Both the position numbers and the translations under genes were made by a program. The notes under the pieces are model-generated. The model searched no databases, was not told the origin of the DNA, and saw nothing but the letters and a program-made list of their open reading frames with translations. From positions 1 through 56,047 of the forward strand of contig JAGGYI010000138.1 of assembly GCA_021162655.1 (NCBI GenBank): DNA of 56,047 nt. Reading direction: 5' to 3'. Shown one piece after another: positions 9,146 through 20,067 of the stretch. The first letter of the stretch is position 1. Every line of letters starts with the position of its first letter. The stretch is from Anaerolineae bacterium. Its GTDB lineage: Bacteria > Chloroflexota > Anaerolineae > UBA1429.

Positions 9146-10005
9146 AAGCGATGAAGCCGGGTCATGCGATAATCCGTCCAACGGCGGAAACCGAGAACCT
9201 GATACACATGGTAGGCTATCTCATTATCCACGCGCACAGTAAGAGTAACTCGAGGCTTACGGGCTAAAAGCTCTTCACAAATTGCCGTCACCACCCCTTT
9301 GGCAAATCCCCGGCCTCGATACCCTTCCCGGGTGTAGACGGCCCCAACATGCGCCAGTTCTGGAAGCTCGGCTTCCACCGCCACCATCGCCACAAGCCGG
9401 CCATCCCTTTCCACTACATAGGCCCCCTGCTGGACATAATGCTCCGCAACGTAATGACACCATCCCTTGCTGATAAAAGGCTCCGGCGTGCCAAAATACT
9501 CGCGTTCAAAAAGGAAACGCAGTTCAGCTATCTCGGGGATGTCCTCAGGAGTCGCCCGGCGGACCTCAGGCAAAGGGTAGGGCACCAAAGTCTCGGGCTC
9601 TACATAACATAGATGATCTTCTTCATCATAGTCGGAGGAAAAGCCCAATTCCCAAAGCCGCTCTAAGAAAGGATCGACTATCCGACGTACCCCCATCAGC
9701 CAGCGAATTCTCCGACGGAGGGCATCATCGAGCATGGGCTCCAAAGCGGCAGAATCGACAAAATGCGGAAGCCACCGCCCATAGTGGTAAAAGCCCTGCA
9801 CAGCTACCAGCTCGCCCTGGCGTCGATAGCCGATCAAAGAGAGGGTATCCGCGTAGGGGCCAATTTCCCGGCCCATCTGAGGGAGATCGGCCAGGAGGGG
9901 AATGTTCTCATAGTAGTAGACCCTCAGATATCGCTCGATCTCTTGAGGGTCTTTGGTACGTTCCCAAGCGCTCACTGCCTCTCCAAAGAGAACCCTGGGA
10001 GCCAA
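9142..10005 (-). CDS. GNAT-family N-acetyltransferase with N-terminal extension
   Basis: C-terminal acetyl-CoA-binding-type segment (VAMVAVE..GAVYTREGYRGRGFAKGVVTAICEELL). Converges on the HAD-IIA gene with a 4-nt overlap. Confidence 0.65.
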   Translation of the reverse strand: MAPRVLFGEAVSAWERTKDPQEIERYLRVYYYENIPLLADLPQMGREIGPYADTLSLIGYRRQGELVAVQGFYHYGRWLPHFVDSAALEPMLDDALRRRIRWLMGVRRIVDPFLERLWELGFSSDYDEEDHLCYVEPETLVPYPLPEVRRATPEDIPEIAELRFLFEREYFGTPEPFISKGWCHYVAEHYVQQGAYVVERDGRLVAMVAVEAELPELAHVGAVYTREGYRGRGFAKGVVTAICEELLARKPRVTLTVRVDNEIAYHVYQVLGFRRWTDYRMTRLHRF

Positions 10006-10030
10006 AGTGGCTCCCAGGGGAAGCTACCCT

Positions 10031-11402
<1,372 letters not shown>

Positions 11403-11470
11403 CATAGCAACCCTTTTCCCTTTCCCAGCGGCTCCCCGGCCAGAAGAAACCCCTACTGCTTTTTCTAATG

Positions 11471-13561
11471 CTACTTGAGAATGAGCCGCATGTCAACTGC
11501 GACGGCGCCCTTGCCCTCTTCACGCACAAGGAGGGGGTTGATATCAAGCTCCGCGATCTCGTCAAAGTCAACCACCAGCTGAGAAACGCGCAGAATCGTC
11601 TCCACTACAGCATCGATGTCAGCTGGGGGCTGCCCCCGCACACCTGTCAGCAGTTTATAGGAGCGAATCGATTCCACCATCTCACGGGCTTGTTCCCGCG
11701 ACATGGGAGCCACCCGGAAGGTGACGTCTTTGAGTACCTCTACATAAATGCCCCCCAAACCGAACATCATCAGTGGACCAAACTGAGGATCCCGGTTCAT
11801 CCCAATGATGATCTCACGGGCATCCGTGACCATCTCCTGAATCTGGCAACCCCAAATGGTTGCATCGGGGCGGTGGGCCCTAGCCCGCTCAACAAGAGTG
11901 GCAAAGCTCTGGCGCACCTCCTCCGCGTTCTTAACCCCTACGATGATGCCCCCCACGTCCGATTTGTGAAGAATGTCGGGCGAGGCGATTTTCATCACTA
12001 CAGGGTAGCCAATCTCTTCGCAATACGCCACGGCCTCCTCTGGGGTTGCAGCCACTTTGGACTGCGGAGTGGTGATGCCATAGGCTTTGAGAATCGTCTG
12101 CGCCTCCGCATCCCCAATAGAGTTGCGCCCCTCCTGACGCACCCTTTTCAAGAGCTCTGCCACAGCTTCTTTATCTACATCGAAAGCCTCGATGCGTGGT
12201 TCGGGCTGTTGCTTCCATAGCCAATACTTGTACATCGCTCCCAAAGCAGCCACTGCTCGCTCGGGGAAGGGATAGTTGGGCACGTGATTCTGGGCAAGCA
12301 CCTCGATCCCCGCCGAGACCTCCTTCTTGCCCATCCAGCAGGCCGTAATCGGCTTATCCGAAACTTTGCTGACCCTCACCAATGCCTCGGCCGTCTTGAC
12401 GATCTCGGTAGAGGTCTGCGGGGTGAGGATAATAAGCGCTCCATCAACCCCTGGATCGTGGAGGACCGTCTCCAGTGCCTTCTCGTAGCGATCGGCCCGG
12501 GCATCTCCCAGTACATCAACGGGGTTGTGAATATTCGCCGCAGGCGGCAAGGCACCCGCAAGCACTTGCTCCGTCTCAGGCTGAAGCTGAGCCAAAACCA
12601 GCCCATTGCGCTCCAGCGCATCTGTGGCCATCACGCCAGGGCCACCAGCGTTCGTCACAATGGCTATACGGTTCCCCTGGAGAAGAGGCTGATAGGCAAA
12701 AGCCGTCGAATAATCAAAGAGCTCCTGGACAGAATCTGCCCGCAACACCCCACTCTGGAGAAAGGCCGCATCATAGGCCGCATCAGAGCCCGCCAAGCTC
12801 CCCGTATGGGAAGAGACCGCCTTAGAGCCTGAAGCAGTACGCCCAGACTTGACTGCAACGATCGGTTTCTGGCGAGCCGTCTTGCGGGCCTGGCGAATGA
12901 ACTCAGCCCCATCTCGTAGGCCCTCAATATAGGCGATGATGACATCCGTATCGGGATCATCCCGCCAAGCCTCTAACAGCGATACCTCATCCACATCCGC
13001 CTTGTTGCCCAGGCTGACGAAATGAGAGAAACCGATATTCTCAGCCAAGGCATAATCCAGGATGGCGGTGCAAAGCGCTCCAGACTGAGACATAAAAGCA
13101 ATATTTCCCTTGGACGGGGTACCCGCTGCGAACGAGGCATTCATCGGCACAAGTGTATCGATAATTCCCAAACAGTTGGGCCCCACAATGCGCATGCCAT
13201 AGCGCCGAGCGATCTCAAGAAGCTGCTTCTCTCGCTCGGCCCCCTCAGCACCCGCCTCACGAAAGCCTGCCGAAATGATGATGGCTCCTTGGACTCCCTT
13301 CTGGCCGGCTTCTTCGAGGACAGAGGATACAAACTTGCTTGGAATGACCACAACAATAAGATCAAGTGCCCCAGGAATATCGAGAACGGAACGATAACAC
13401 TTGAGCCCCAGAATCTCCTCCGCCTTGGGATTCACAGGATAAAGCCGCCCTGGGAAACCGCTATCGATGAGGTTCGCCAAAATCGCATGGCCCAGCTTTT
13501 GAGGGTTCTCAGAGGCGCCGACGACGGCGATGGAGCGGGGGTTAAAGAACATATCCAACAT
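11471..13561 (-). CDS. acd: ADP-forming acetyl-CoA synthetase / NDP-forming acyl-CoA synthetase, fused alpha-beta
   Basis: CoA-binding N-terminus FNPRSIAVVGASENPQKLGH. Phosphohistidine loop AVSSHTGSLAGSD. C-terminal ATP-grasp domain (YPVVMKIASPDILHKSDVGG). ATG 13561 lies 6 nt after GGGAG; ATG 13567 and 13552 are alternative starts. Confidence 0.9.
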   Translation of the reverse strand: MLDMFFNPRSIAVVGASENPQKLGHAILANLIDSGFPGRLYPVNPKAEEILGLKCYRSVLDIPGALDLIVVVIPSKFVSSVLEEAGQKGVQGAIIISAGFREAGAEGAEREKQLLEIARRYGMRIVGPNCLGIIDTLVPMNASFAAGTPSKGNIAFMSQSGALCTAILDYALAENIGFSHFVSLGNKADVDEVSLLEAWRDDPDTDVIIAYIEGLRDGAEFIRQARKTARQKPIVAVKSGRTASGSKAVSSHTGSLAGSDAAYDAAFLQSGVLRADSVQELFDYSTAFAYQPLLQGNRIAIVTNAGGPGVMATDALERNGLVLAQLQPETEQVLAGALPPAANIHNPVDVLGDARADRYEKALETVLHDPGVDGALIILTPQTSTEIVKTAEALVRVSKVSDKPITACWMGKKEVSAGIEVLAQNHVPNYPFPERAVAALGAMYKYWLWKQQPEPRIEAFDVDKEAVAELLKRVRQEGRNSIGDAEAQTILKAYGITTPQSKVAATPEEAVAYCEEIGYPVVMKIASPDILHKSDVGGIIVGVKNAEEVRQSFATLVERARAHRPDATIWGCQIQEMVTDAREIIIGMNRDPQFGPLMMFGLGGIYVEVLKDVTFRVAPMSREQAREMVESIRSYKLLTGVRGQPPADIDAVVETILRVSQLVVDFDEIAELDINPLLVREEGKGAVAVDMRLILK

Positions 13562-13668
13562 AGCCATCTCCCTTGATGTGAAAATTTTCGAAGCTATCTT
13601 ACATCGAAAGAAAACAAAACGCAAATCCACTTTGTGAGATCTAGAACAAAGCTCCAAGCCCTAAAGAG

Positions 13669-13697
13669 TTGACACCGCCCAAGAGAGAGGATAACAT
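13669..13697 (+). promoter_or_regulatory. candidate promoter for the BioD-like/DRTGG gene
   Basis: TTGACA (13669..13674), 17-nt spacer, TAACAT (13692..13697), about 60 nt upstream of ATG 13760. Confidence 0.4.
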
Positions 13698-13759
13698 GTA
13701 AAATGTCAATTGATGGCAGGCTTGTTCAAGCCCCAGCGGCCGAGAGGAAGGAGCGATAG

Positions 13760-15019
13760 ATGAGGCCCCCGGCGTATCCCCCAACGGTTTTCGTCCTCGG
13801 CACCTCACGGAATATCGGCAAGACGGTGACCTGCATCGGGATCATCGCCAAACTCACCGCCCCAGAGAGCGGTTATACCGTTGACGATATCGGCTATATC
13901 AAGCCCGTGGGGCAACAAACCCTGACGGTGCTCAGCGGGGAGGGCGTTCCCATCGAGGCAGACAAAGACGCCGTACTCATCACCTCACTGATGAACATCC
14001 AGTGCCACGGTTATGAGAAAACCAGCCCCGTCGTCTGGCGAGGCGGGCTAACATCCAAATACATTGAGGAAGCCGCCCAAGGGGATCCTCTCGAGGGACG
14101 CCAGGAGTTCCTTGAGCGCATCCGCGAGGCCTATGAGCAAGTCGCCCTGGGGAAAAAGATCGTCATCGTAGAGGGCACAGGCCAGCCCGGGGTCGGCTCG
14201 GTGGCAGGGATCTCAAACGCCGATGTCATCAACACCCTGCGCGAGATGGGCGTGCCCCTTTTTGCCATCCTGGTGACGAGAGCGGGCATCGGCAGCACCA
14301 TCGACGAGGTCTTTCCTTACCTCATGGCCCTCGATCACCTAGGTACCCGCATCGATGGACTAATCATCAACGCCGTCATTCCGTCCAAAATGCACAAAGT
14401 GCGCCACTATCTGGAAACATACTATACCCAGGTTTTCCAGAGCCTCTATGGTCGCTACCTCAAGGTGCAGACCCCGCCTCAGATCCTGGGGTTCGTCCCC
14501 GAGATACCCGAGCTCGAACTACCCACCATGCGCCTCATCGTCGAATACTTTGCCAAAAAGCCCGAGAGCGCCATGGAGATCATTGCCCCTGAGGACTTTA
14601 CGGGCGCCTGTCGCCTTGTGCGCAACCTGAAGGTCATCAGCCTAGAGTTCGGCTATGAGCCCTTCCTTGAGCCAGGAGATGCCGTCATCGTGGGAGTGAA
14701 CGCGAATGACGTGATCCTAGCTGTACTCCTTATCCATGAACGCCTGCTGCGCAAGCATGGGCAAGGGCTCGCAGGGCTGATCCTCTCCTGTAAGCAAGTG
14801 GGCGAAGTCTCTCCTCAGATCCGTGAGCTTCTCCTGGCTGGCGATCTCCCCACCATCACCCTGAACTACGATTCGGCCGACATCGTCCAGCGGATCGAAA
14901 GCATGACCGTCAAGATTCAACCTTACGACGTCGGTAAGCGTGAGCTCATCTCTCGCGTCTACCGCCGGCACCTTACCCTCTGGCCAGAGCTTCAGCCAGC
15001 CAGCCAAGGTTCAGTCTGA
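13760..15019 (+). CDS. stand-alone phosphotransacetylase N-terminal-like protein (BioD-like P-loop + DRTGG domain, no PTA catalytic domain)
   Basis: P-loop VLGTSRNIGKTVTCIGI. VEGTGQPGVGS segment. C-terminal DRTGG-like segment (GDAVIVGVNANDVILAVLLI..GLAGLILS). The architecture matches the first ~350 aa of long E. coli-type Pta. Confidence 0.7.
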   Translation: MRPPAYPPTVFVLGTSRNIGKTVTCIGIIAKLTAPESGYTVDDIGYIKPVGQQTLTVLSGEGVPIEADKDAVLITSLMNIQCHGYEKTSPVVWRGGLTSKYIEEAAQGDPLEGRQEFLERIREAYEQVALGKKIVIVEGTGQPGVGSVAGISNADVINTLREMGVPLFAILVTRAGIGSTIDEVFPYLMALDHLGTRIDGLIINAVIPSKMHKVRHYLETYYTQVFQSLYGRYLKVQTPPQILGFVPEIPELELPTMRLIVEYFAKKPESAMEIIAPEDFTGACRLVRNLKVISLEFGYEPFLEPGDAVIVGVNANDVILAVLLIHERLLRKHGQGLAGLILSCKQVGEVSPQIRELLLAGDLPTITLNYDSADIVQRIESMTVKIQPYDVGKRELISRVYRRHLTLWPELQPASQGSV

Positions 15020-15140
15020 GGGTTCTCCCCCTTCCACTCCCTTTCCTCTACCTCTTTGGGGAGGAAAGTGCCCCTTTGACGCCCAGGGAAGAATGTGCTA
15101 AGATAATTCCGATTTTTTAGTGGGGATTTTTTTCACCAGC

Positions 15141-15614
15141 ATGAAGCTCTCCTCTCGGGAACGTTTTGGTCTGCGGGCGATGGTGGAATTCGCCCGGCGA
15201 TACGGCCAGGGGCCGACGCCGCTCAGCGAGGTGGCTCGAGCGCAAGAATTGTCGCTTTCGTACCTCGAGCATATCGTCGCCTCTCTCCGTCGTGCGGGCT
15301 TGCTGGAGAGTATTCGCGGCGCCCATGGGGGCTACGTGCTGGCCAAAGATCCCGCCAAGATCAGCGTAGGGGACGTTTTCCGTGCTGTCGAAGGGTGTCT
15401 AATGCCTTTGGACTGTATGCGCACAGACGGGACTAATTGTGCCAGAGAGCCCGTCTGTGCTACTCGTAGTGTCTGGCAACTTATTTCAGAGCGTCTAAAG
15501 GAAACCCTGGACAACACTTCTCTGGCAGACCTCTTGGAGCAATGCCGGAGCGGAAAGGACCCCTATGAGAAAGCTACTAGCCCTTTTCAAAGAGGATATC
15601 CAAACAGTTTTTGA
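15141..15614 (+). CDS. Rrf2-family transcriptional regulator (IscR/CymR-like, with Fe-S-ligand-type Cys cluster)
   Basis: Trimmed to [55 protein letters not shown]. Cys cluster [21 protein letters not shown]. Confidence 0.85.
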   Translation: MKLSSRERFGLRAMVEFARRYGQGPTPLSEVARAQELSLSYLEHIVASLRRAGLLESIRGAHGGYVLAKDPAKISVGDVFRAVEGCLMPLDCMRTDGTNCAREPVCATRSVWQLISERLKETLDNTSLADLLEQCRSGKDPYEKATSPFQRGYPNSF

Positions 15615-16266
15615 GAAGGATCCTGCCGCCCGTACCTGGTGGGAGGTGTTGACCTGCTATCCCGGCCTTCATGCCATCTGGCTACATCGCATCGCCCACG
15701 CCCTTTGGCGCCGCCGTCTCTGTTGGCTGGCTCGTTTTATCTCTCACATCAACCGCTTTCTGACAGGGATCGAGATCCATCCAGGGGCCACCATCGGTCG
15801 GCGCTTTTTTATCGATCATGGCATGGGCATCGTTATTGGGGAGACGACCGAGATCGGCGACGATGTGCTGATGTACAAGGGAGCGGTGCTTGGGGGCACT
15901 TCGCTGCACAAGGGCAAACGCCATCCCACCATCGGCAATAGCGTGGTCATTGGCTCAAACGCGGTCATCCTTGGGCCCATCACCATTGGAGATAACGCCA
16001 AGATCGGCTCAGGGGCCGTGGTCATCAATTCGGTGCCGGCAGATTCCACTGCCGTGGGTGTACCTGCCAGAGTGGTCCGCGGGCCACACATCAGGAGGCG
16101 CCCTGCACCTGATCTTCAACTGGACCATGCTCGCCTGCCCGACCCCGTGGCCGAGGCCTGCAGGCGGCTGGACCTCCGGGTGCGGGAGCTAGAGGATGAG
16201 CTCCAAGTCCTTCGAGATTATGTACGTTCTGCAATCTCTAAAGAAGGTGCCTCTTCCCTTCCCTAG
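15565..16266 (+). CDS. cysE: serine O-acetyltransferase
   Basis: [72 protein letters not shown]. Hexapeptide repeats throughout. Collinear with Bacillus-type CysE from memory. Overlaps the Rrf2 gene by 50 nt. Confidence 0.93.
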   Translation: MRKLLALFKEDIQTVFEKDPAARTWWEVLTCYPGLHAIWLHRIAHALWRRRLCWLARFISHINRFLTGIEIHPGATIGRRFFIDHGMGIVIGETTEIGDDVLMYKGAVLGGTSLHKGKRHPTIGNSVVIGSNAVILGPITIGDNAKIGSGAVVINSVPADSTAVGVPARVVRGPHIRRRPAPDLQLDHARLPDPVAEACRRLDLRVRELEDELQVLRDYVRSAISKEGASSLP

Positions 16267-16307
16267 GGGAGGGGATAGCGAAAACAGAGCCCTATGGGAG
16301 TAAGCCT

Positions 16308-17474
16308 ATGGCCTCTCGGTTCATCTATCTAGATCATGCTGCGACGACGCCGGTAGATCCTCGGGTTGTCGAGGCGATGCTGCCCTACTTTGAGGAAAAG
16401 TTTGGCAATCCTTCAAGCATTCACCGGGCAGGTGGCGAAGCGCGGGCCGCCGTCGAAAAAGCTCGCCAAACGGTGGCCGAGCTTTTAGGAGCCAAACCTT
16501 CCGAGATTATCTTTACAAGCTGTGGCACCGAAAGCGATAACTTGGCTTTGCGGGGCGTGGCCTTTGCACTAAAAGGACGCGGCAATCACATCATTACCAC
16601 CCCCATTGAACATCATGCCATCGGCCACACTTGCGAGCAGCTGGCCAAAGAGTTTGGAATGGAGATCACCTACCTGCCCGTGGATTCCTTCGGGCTCGTT
16701 GACCCCGACGATGTGGCCCGGGCGATCACCGAGCGGACGGTGCTCATCTCGATAATGTACGCCAATAACGAGGTAGGCACCATCGAACCCATCGCTGAGA
16801 TCGGCAAGATCGCCCGCGAAAAGGGAATCCTCTTCCATACGGATGCCGTCCAGGCAGGGGGGCACCTCCCTTTGAACGTCGACAAGCTTCATGTAGACCT
16901 TCTCTCCCTCTCGGGCCACAAATTCTATGCGCCAAAAGGGGTGGGGATACTCTATGTGCGTGAGGGGACCCCTCTTCTTCCCATTCAGACGGGAGGAGGC
17001 CAAGAACGCCATCTGCGAGCTGGCACAGAGAATGTGCCCTATATCGTCGGCTTGGCCAAAGCCCTACAATTAGCCTATGAAGAGATGGAAAGCGAGGTTG
17101 CTCGCCTTCGCTCTTTACGCGACCGACTCATCCAAGGGGTCCTAGAGCGCATCCCCGACGCCCAACTGACGGGGCACCCCACCCAGCGGCTACCAAACAA
17201 TGCCAGCTTTGTTTTTAAAGGCATCGATGGCGAGGCCATTCTCATGCAGCTCGACCTGGCGGGGGTAGCTGCGAGCACTGGCTCTGCCTGTAGCTCTGGA
17301 GAGAGCACCCCTTCGCATGTGCTCCTGGCCATGGGCATCGACCCTCTGCTTGCACGCAGCAGCCTGCGGTTAACCCTGGGCCGGCGGAATACCTCTGAGG
17401 ATGTGGAGTTTGTTCTCGCCATCCTCCCCCAAATCGTCGAAAAGCTTCGGGCTATCTCACCAGCCTACACATAA
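16308..17474 (+). CDS. iscS: cysteine desulfurase (class I, NifS/IscS-type)
   Basis: IYLDHAATTPVDPRV.., PLP-lysine region SLSGHKFYAPKGVG, active-site loop STGSACSSG. Confidence 0.92.
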   Translation: MASRFIYLDHAATTPVDPRVVEAMLPYFEEKFGNPSSIHRAGGEARAAVEKARQTVAELLGAKPSEIIFTSCGTESDNLALRGVAFALKGRGNHIITTPIEHHAIGHTCEQLAKEFGMEITYLPVDSFGLVDPDDVARAITERTVLISIMYANNEVGTIEPIAEIGKIAREKGILFHTDAVQAGGHLPLNVDKLHVDLLSLSGHKFYAPKGVGILYVREGTPLLPIQTGGGQERHLRAGTENVPYIVGLAKALQLAYEEMESEVARLRSLRDRLIQGVLERIPDAQLTGHPTQRLPNNASFVFKGIDGEAILMQLDLAGVAASTGSACSSGESTPSHVLLAMGIDPLLARSSLRLTLGRRNTSEDVEFVLAILPQIVEKLRAISPAYT

Positions 17475-17511
17475 ACCCACGCGCTAAAAAGGCGACGACC
17501 TGGGAGGTAAG

Positions 17512-17901
17512 ATGTATTCGAACATTGTCATTGAACACTTTACTAACCCTCGCAACGTAGGAGTCATCGAGGATGCCGATGGCTATGGCAAAGTAGAGAG
17601 CTCTGTTTGCGGAGATATGATGGAGCTTTATATCAAAGTGCGCGATGGCAAAATTGTTGACGTCAAATACCGCACCTTTGGCTGCGCTGCCGCTATTGCC
17701 TCCAGCTCCATCGCTTCTGAAATGATTAAAGGTCAACCGATAGAAGTCGTCGCCGAGTTGAGCGACGAAAAGATCACGGAGGCCCTCGGCGGGCTCCCCG
17801 AGGCCAAAATCCACTGCTCCATCTTGGCAGCCAGCGCCCTGAGGGCCGCCTTAGAGGACTATTTCAGCAAGCACCCTGAGGAACGTCCTGAGGATTTCTA
17901 A
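17512..17901 (+). CDS. iscU: Fe-S cluster assembly scaffold IscU/NifU-like
   Basis: YSNIVIEHFTNPRNVG..CGDMMELYIKV..TFGCAAAIASSS..HCS: three conserved Cys in the canonical spacing. GGGAGG RBS. Confidence 0.9.
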   Translation: MYSNIVIEHFTNPRNVGVIEDADGYGKVESSVCGDMMELYIKVRDGKIVDVKYRTFGCAAAIASSSIASEMIKGQPIEVVAELSDEKITEALGGLPEAKIHCSILAASALRAALEDYFSKHPEERPEDF

Positions 17902-18975
17902 ATGGCCCAGAAGCGCGTACTTGTCGCCATGAGTGGGGGAGTAGATAGCTCGGTTACCGCCGCGCTCCTTTTGGAGCGCGGTTATCATGTAGAGGGCATA
18001 ACGATGCGCCTTTGGAAGAGCTCTGCTCCCAAAGGTGGAGACGCCGCTGTGCTCAGCGCACGCGCCGTTTGCCGCATCTTGGGCATCCCCCACCATGTGC
18101 TTGACCTTCAGGAAACTTTTCGTCAAAGGATCGTGGACTTTTTCGTTCGCGAATATAGCCAAGGACGCACCCCCAACCCCTGTGTGCGCTGCAACCGACT
18201 AATCAAGTTTGGTCTTTTATTGGACTATGCGCTCGAAAGGCATTACGATTACCTCGCCACAGGGCATTATGTGCGGAAAGAACGACGCGAGGACGGTTAC
18301 CATCTTCTTTGCGGAGTTGATCCCCGCAAAGATCAATCGTATTTTCTCTACATGCTTTCTCAAAAACAGCTTCACCATCTCCTCTTTCCCTTGGGAGAGT
18401 GGCACAAAGACCAGGTGCGTGCCTTTGCCCGGCAACGGGGGTTGCCAGTGGCCGAGCGGGCCGAGAGCCAAGATATCTGCTTTCTACCCAAAGGGGACTA
18501 TCGACGCTTCATCCAAGAATATGCTCCTTCGACCGTCACACCAGGGCCGATCTATGATACCGCCGGAAAGCTCTTGGGCCAGCACAAGGGATTGCCCTTT
18601 TACACCATCGGCCAGCGTGAGGGGCTGGGCATCTCGGCACCGCGGCCCCTCTATGTGCTGCAGATAGACCCCGCACACAATGCCCTCATCGTGGGCTTTG
18701 CAGAAGAGCTGGGACACAATGCCCTTTTGGCAGAAGAGATGAGCTATATCGCCGGTACTCCTCTCCCAGAAGGAACAGAGGTGGAAGCTAAAATTCGCTA
18801 CCGAGCTCGGCGAGCCAAAGCCTACGTGTGGCCTTCAGAGAAAGGACGGGCCAAAGCGATCTTTGCCCATCCTCTACGCGATATCACGCCCGGGCAGTCC
18901 ATCGTTCTTTACCAGGGAGAGGAAGTCCTCGGAGGCGGGATCATCGTGCAGGCCCTAACAGTAAAGGAGTGCTAG
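17902..18975 (+). CDS. mnmA: tRNA 2-thiouridine(34) synthase
   Basis: PP-loop VLVAMSGGVDSSVTA; NPCVRCN; KDQSYFL. The ATG directly follows the iscU stop. Confidence 0.93.
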   Translation: MAQKRVLVAMSGGVDSSVTAALLLERGYHVEGITMRLWKSSAPKGGDAAVLSARAVCRILGIPHHVLDLQETFRQRIVDFFVREYSQGRTPNPCVRCNRLIKFGLLLDYALERHYDYLATGHYVRKERREDGYHLLCGVDPRKDQSYFLYMLSQKQLHHLLFPLGEWHKDQVRAFARQRGLPVAERAESQDICFLPKGDYRRFIQEYAPSTVTPGPIYDTAGKLLGQHKGLPFYTIGQREGLGISAPRPLYVLQIDPAHNALIVGFAEELGHNALLAEEMSYIAGTPLPEGTEVEAKIRYRARRAKAYVWPSEKGRAKAIFAHPLRDITPGQSIVLYQGEEVLGGGIIVQALTVKEC

Positions 18976-18979
18976 CGGC

Positions 18980-19237
18980 ATGATCTTTACTTCTCCAGCC
19001 CTTCTCATTAGCTCAACCCTGGCCACTATGTGGGCCGCTCTCTTTCACCTCCTCCTTGGCCGCAGCTTTGTCGACCTCGTCCTCTACTGGTTTGTAGGGC
19101 TAATAGGCTTTGCCATCGGCCAAGGGATTGCCGAAGCACTCGGCTTTCACTGGCTGCTTGTCGGCCAAGTACACATCATTGAGGGAACTTTGTGCTGCTG
19201 GATTGCAATGCTCGTTGCACGCTGGCTCAAAGTGTGA
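18980..19237 (+). CDS. small hydrophobic membrane protein, unknown function
   Basis: 85-aa ORF with about 3 predicted TM segments, starting 4 nt after the mnmA stop. No recognisable motif. Confidence 0.4.
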   Translation: MIFTSPALLISSTLATMWAALFHLLLGRSFVDLVLYWFVGLIGFAIGQGIAEALGFHWLLVGQVHIIEGTLCCWIAMLVARWLKV

Positions 19238-19305
19238 TAGAATAGAAAGAAGCTGAAGACTATGCAGTCAAAAAATCCCTGCGGCACAGGCTTAGGAGGA
19301 AAAGA

Positions 19306-19632
19306 ATGGGACAGGCACTTGCAGCTGTTCGAGATATAGCCATCGTGCTGCTGGCCCTCGAATCGATTGTCATCGGGGTGCTTTTATGCCTTGTGCTTGT
19401 ACAACTACGCAAGCTGGCTAGACTTCTGCGCGAGGAGATCGCTCCCATCCTGGACACAACGACCGAAGCGGTGAATACTGTCCATGGTACAGTGGATATC
19501 GTTAGCCAAACGGTGGTAAACCCATTAGTCAAGGTCAAGAGCTTTACCACAGGGACGCGCGCAGCTTTGCGCAATCTTATCTTTATCGGCCGTGCCGCAA
19601 AGGGACAGAAATCCAAAGAGGATCATTCCTAA
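19306..19632 (+). CDS. DUF948-like membrane-anchored protein
   Basis: N-terminal TM helix followed by a helical region. AGGAGG RBS. Sits immediately upstream of a YtxH-like gene, as in Firmicutes ytxG-ytxH pairs (from memory). Confidence 0.5.
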   Translation: MGQALAAVRDIAIVLLALESIVIGVLLCLVLVQLRKLARLLREEIAPILDTTTEAVNTVHGTVDIVSQTVVNPLVKVKSFTTGTRAALRNLIFIGRAAKGQKSKEDHS

Positions 19633-19669
19633 GCGTAAAATCTTTATCTTCAACGTGAAGGAGGCAAAC

Positions 19670-19993
19670 ATGGCAAGAGAAAAGAGCTCTGGCAATTTCC
19701 TGGTAGGGTTCGTCGTGGGTGCGTTTGTGGGTGCAGTCCTGGCTCTCCTCTTTGCTCCTGCTCCTGGAGAGGAGATCCGCAATCAGCTTCGCGAGAAGAG
19801 CATCGAGCTAAAAGACCGGGCCAGCGATCTCACTGCCAAAGGGCAGTCCTTCTTGGAAGAGCAAAAGGTCCGTTTCCAAGAGGCGATAGAAGAGGGCAAA
19901 CGCGCAGCCGCACGGAAAAAGGAGGAACTGCTGGCTCAACTAGAATCTGCCAAATCGGGCAAAGCCGCGGAATCGGCCGAAGAGGAAGCATAA
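19670..19993 (+). CDS. YtxH-domain protein
   Basis: Trimmed to ATG 19670, preceded by GAAGGAGG. MAREKSSGNFLVGFVVGAFVGAVLALLFAPAPGEEIR.. followed by a charged helical tail. Confidence 0.7.
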   Translation: MAREKSSGNFLVGFVVGAFVGAVLALLFAPAPGEEIRNQLREKSIELKDRASDLTAKGQSFLEEQKVRFQEAIEEGKRAAARKKEELLAQLESAKSGKAAESAEEEA

Positions 19994-20028
19994 GCCAGAG
20001 CTGGAATACATCCCTAAAGATAGAGGTC

Positions 20029-20060
20029 AGAGCAGAGCTCTCAGTTGAGAGCTCTGCTCT
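20029..20060. terminator. bidirectional terminator hairpin between convergent ytxH-like and nnr genes
   Basis: Perfect 14-bp stem AGAGCAGAGCTCTC / GAGAGCTCTGCTCT with loop AGTT, located between the stops at 19993 (+) and 20068 (-). Confidence 0.75.
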
Positions 20061-20067
20061 ATTCCCT

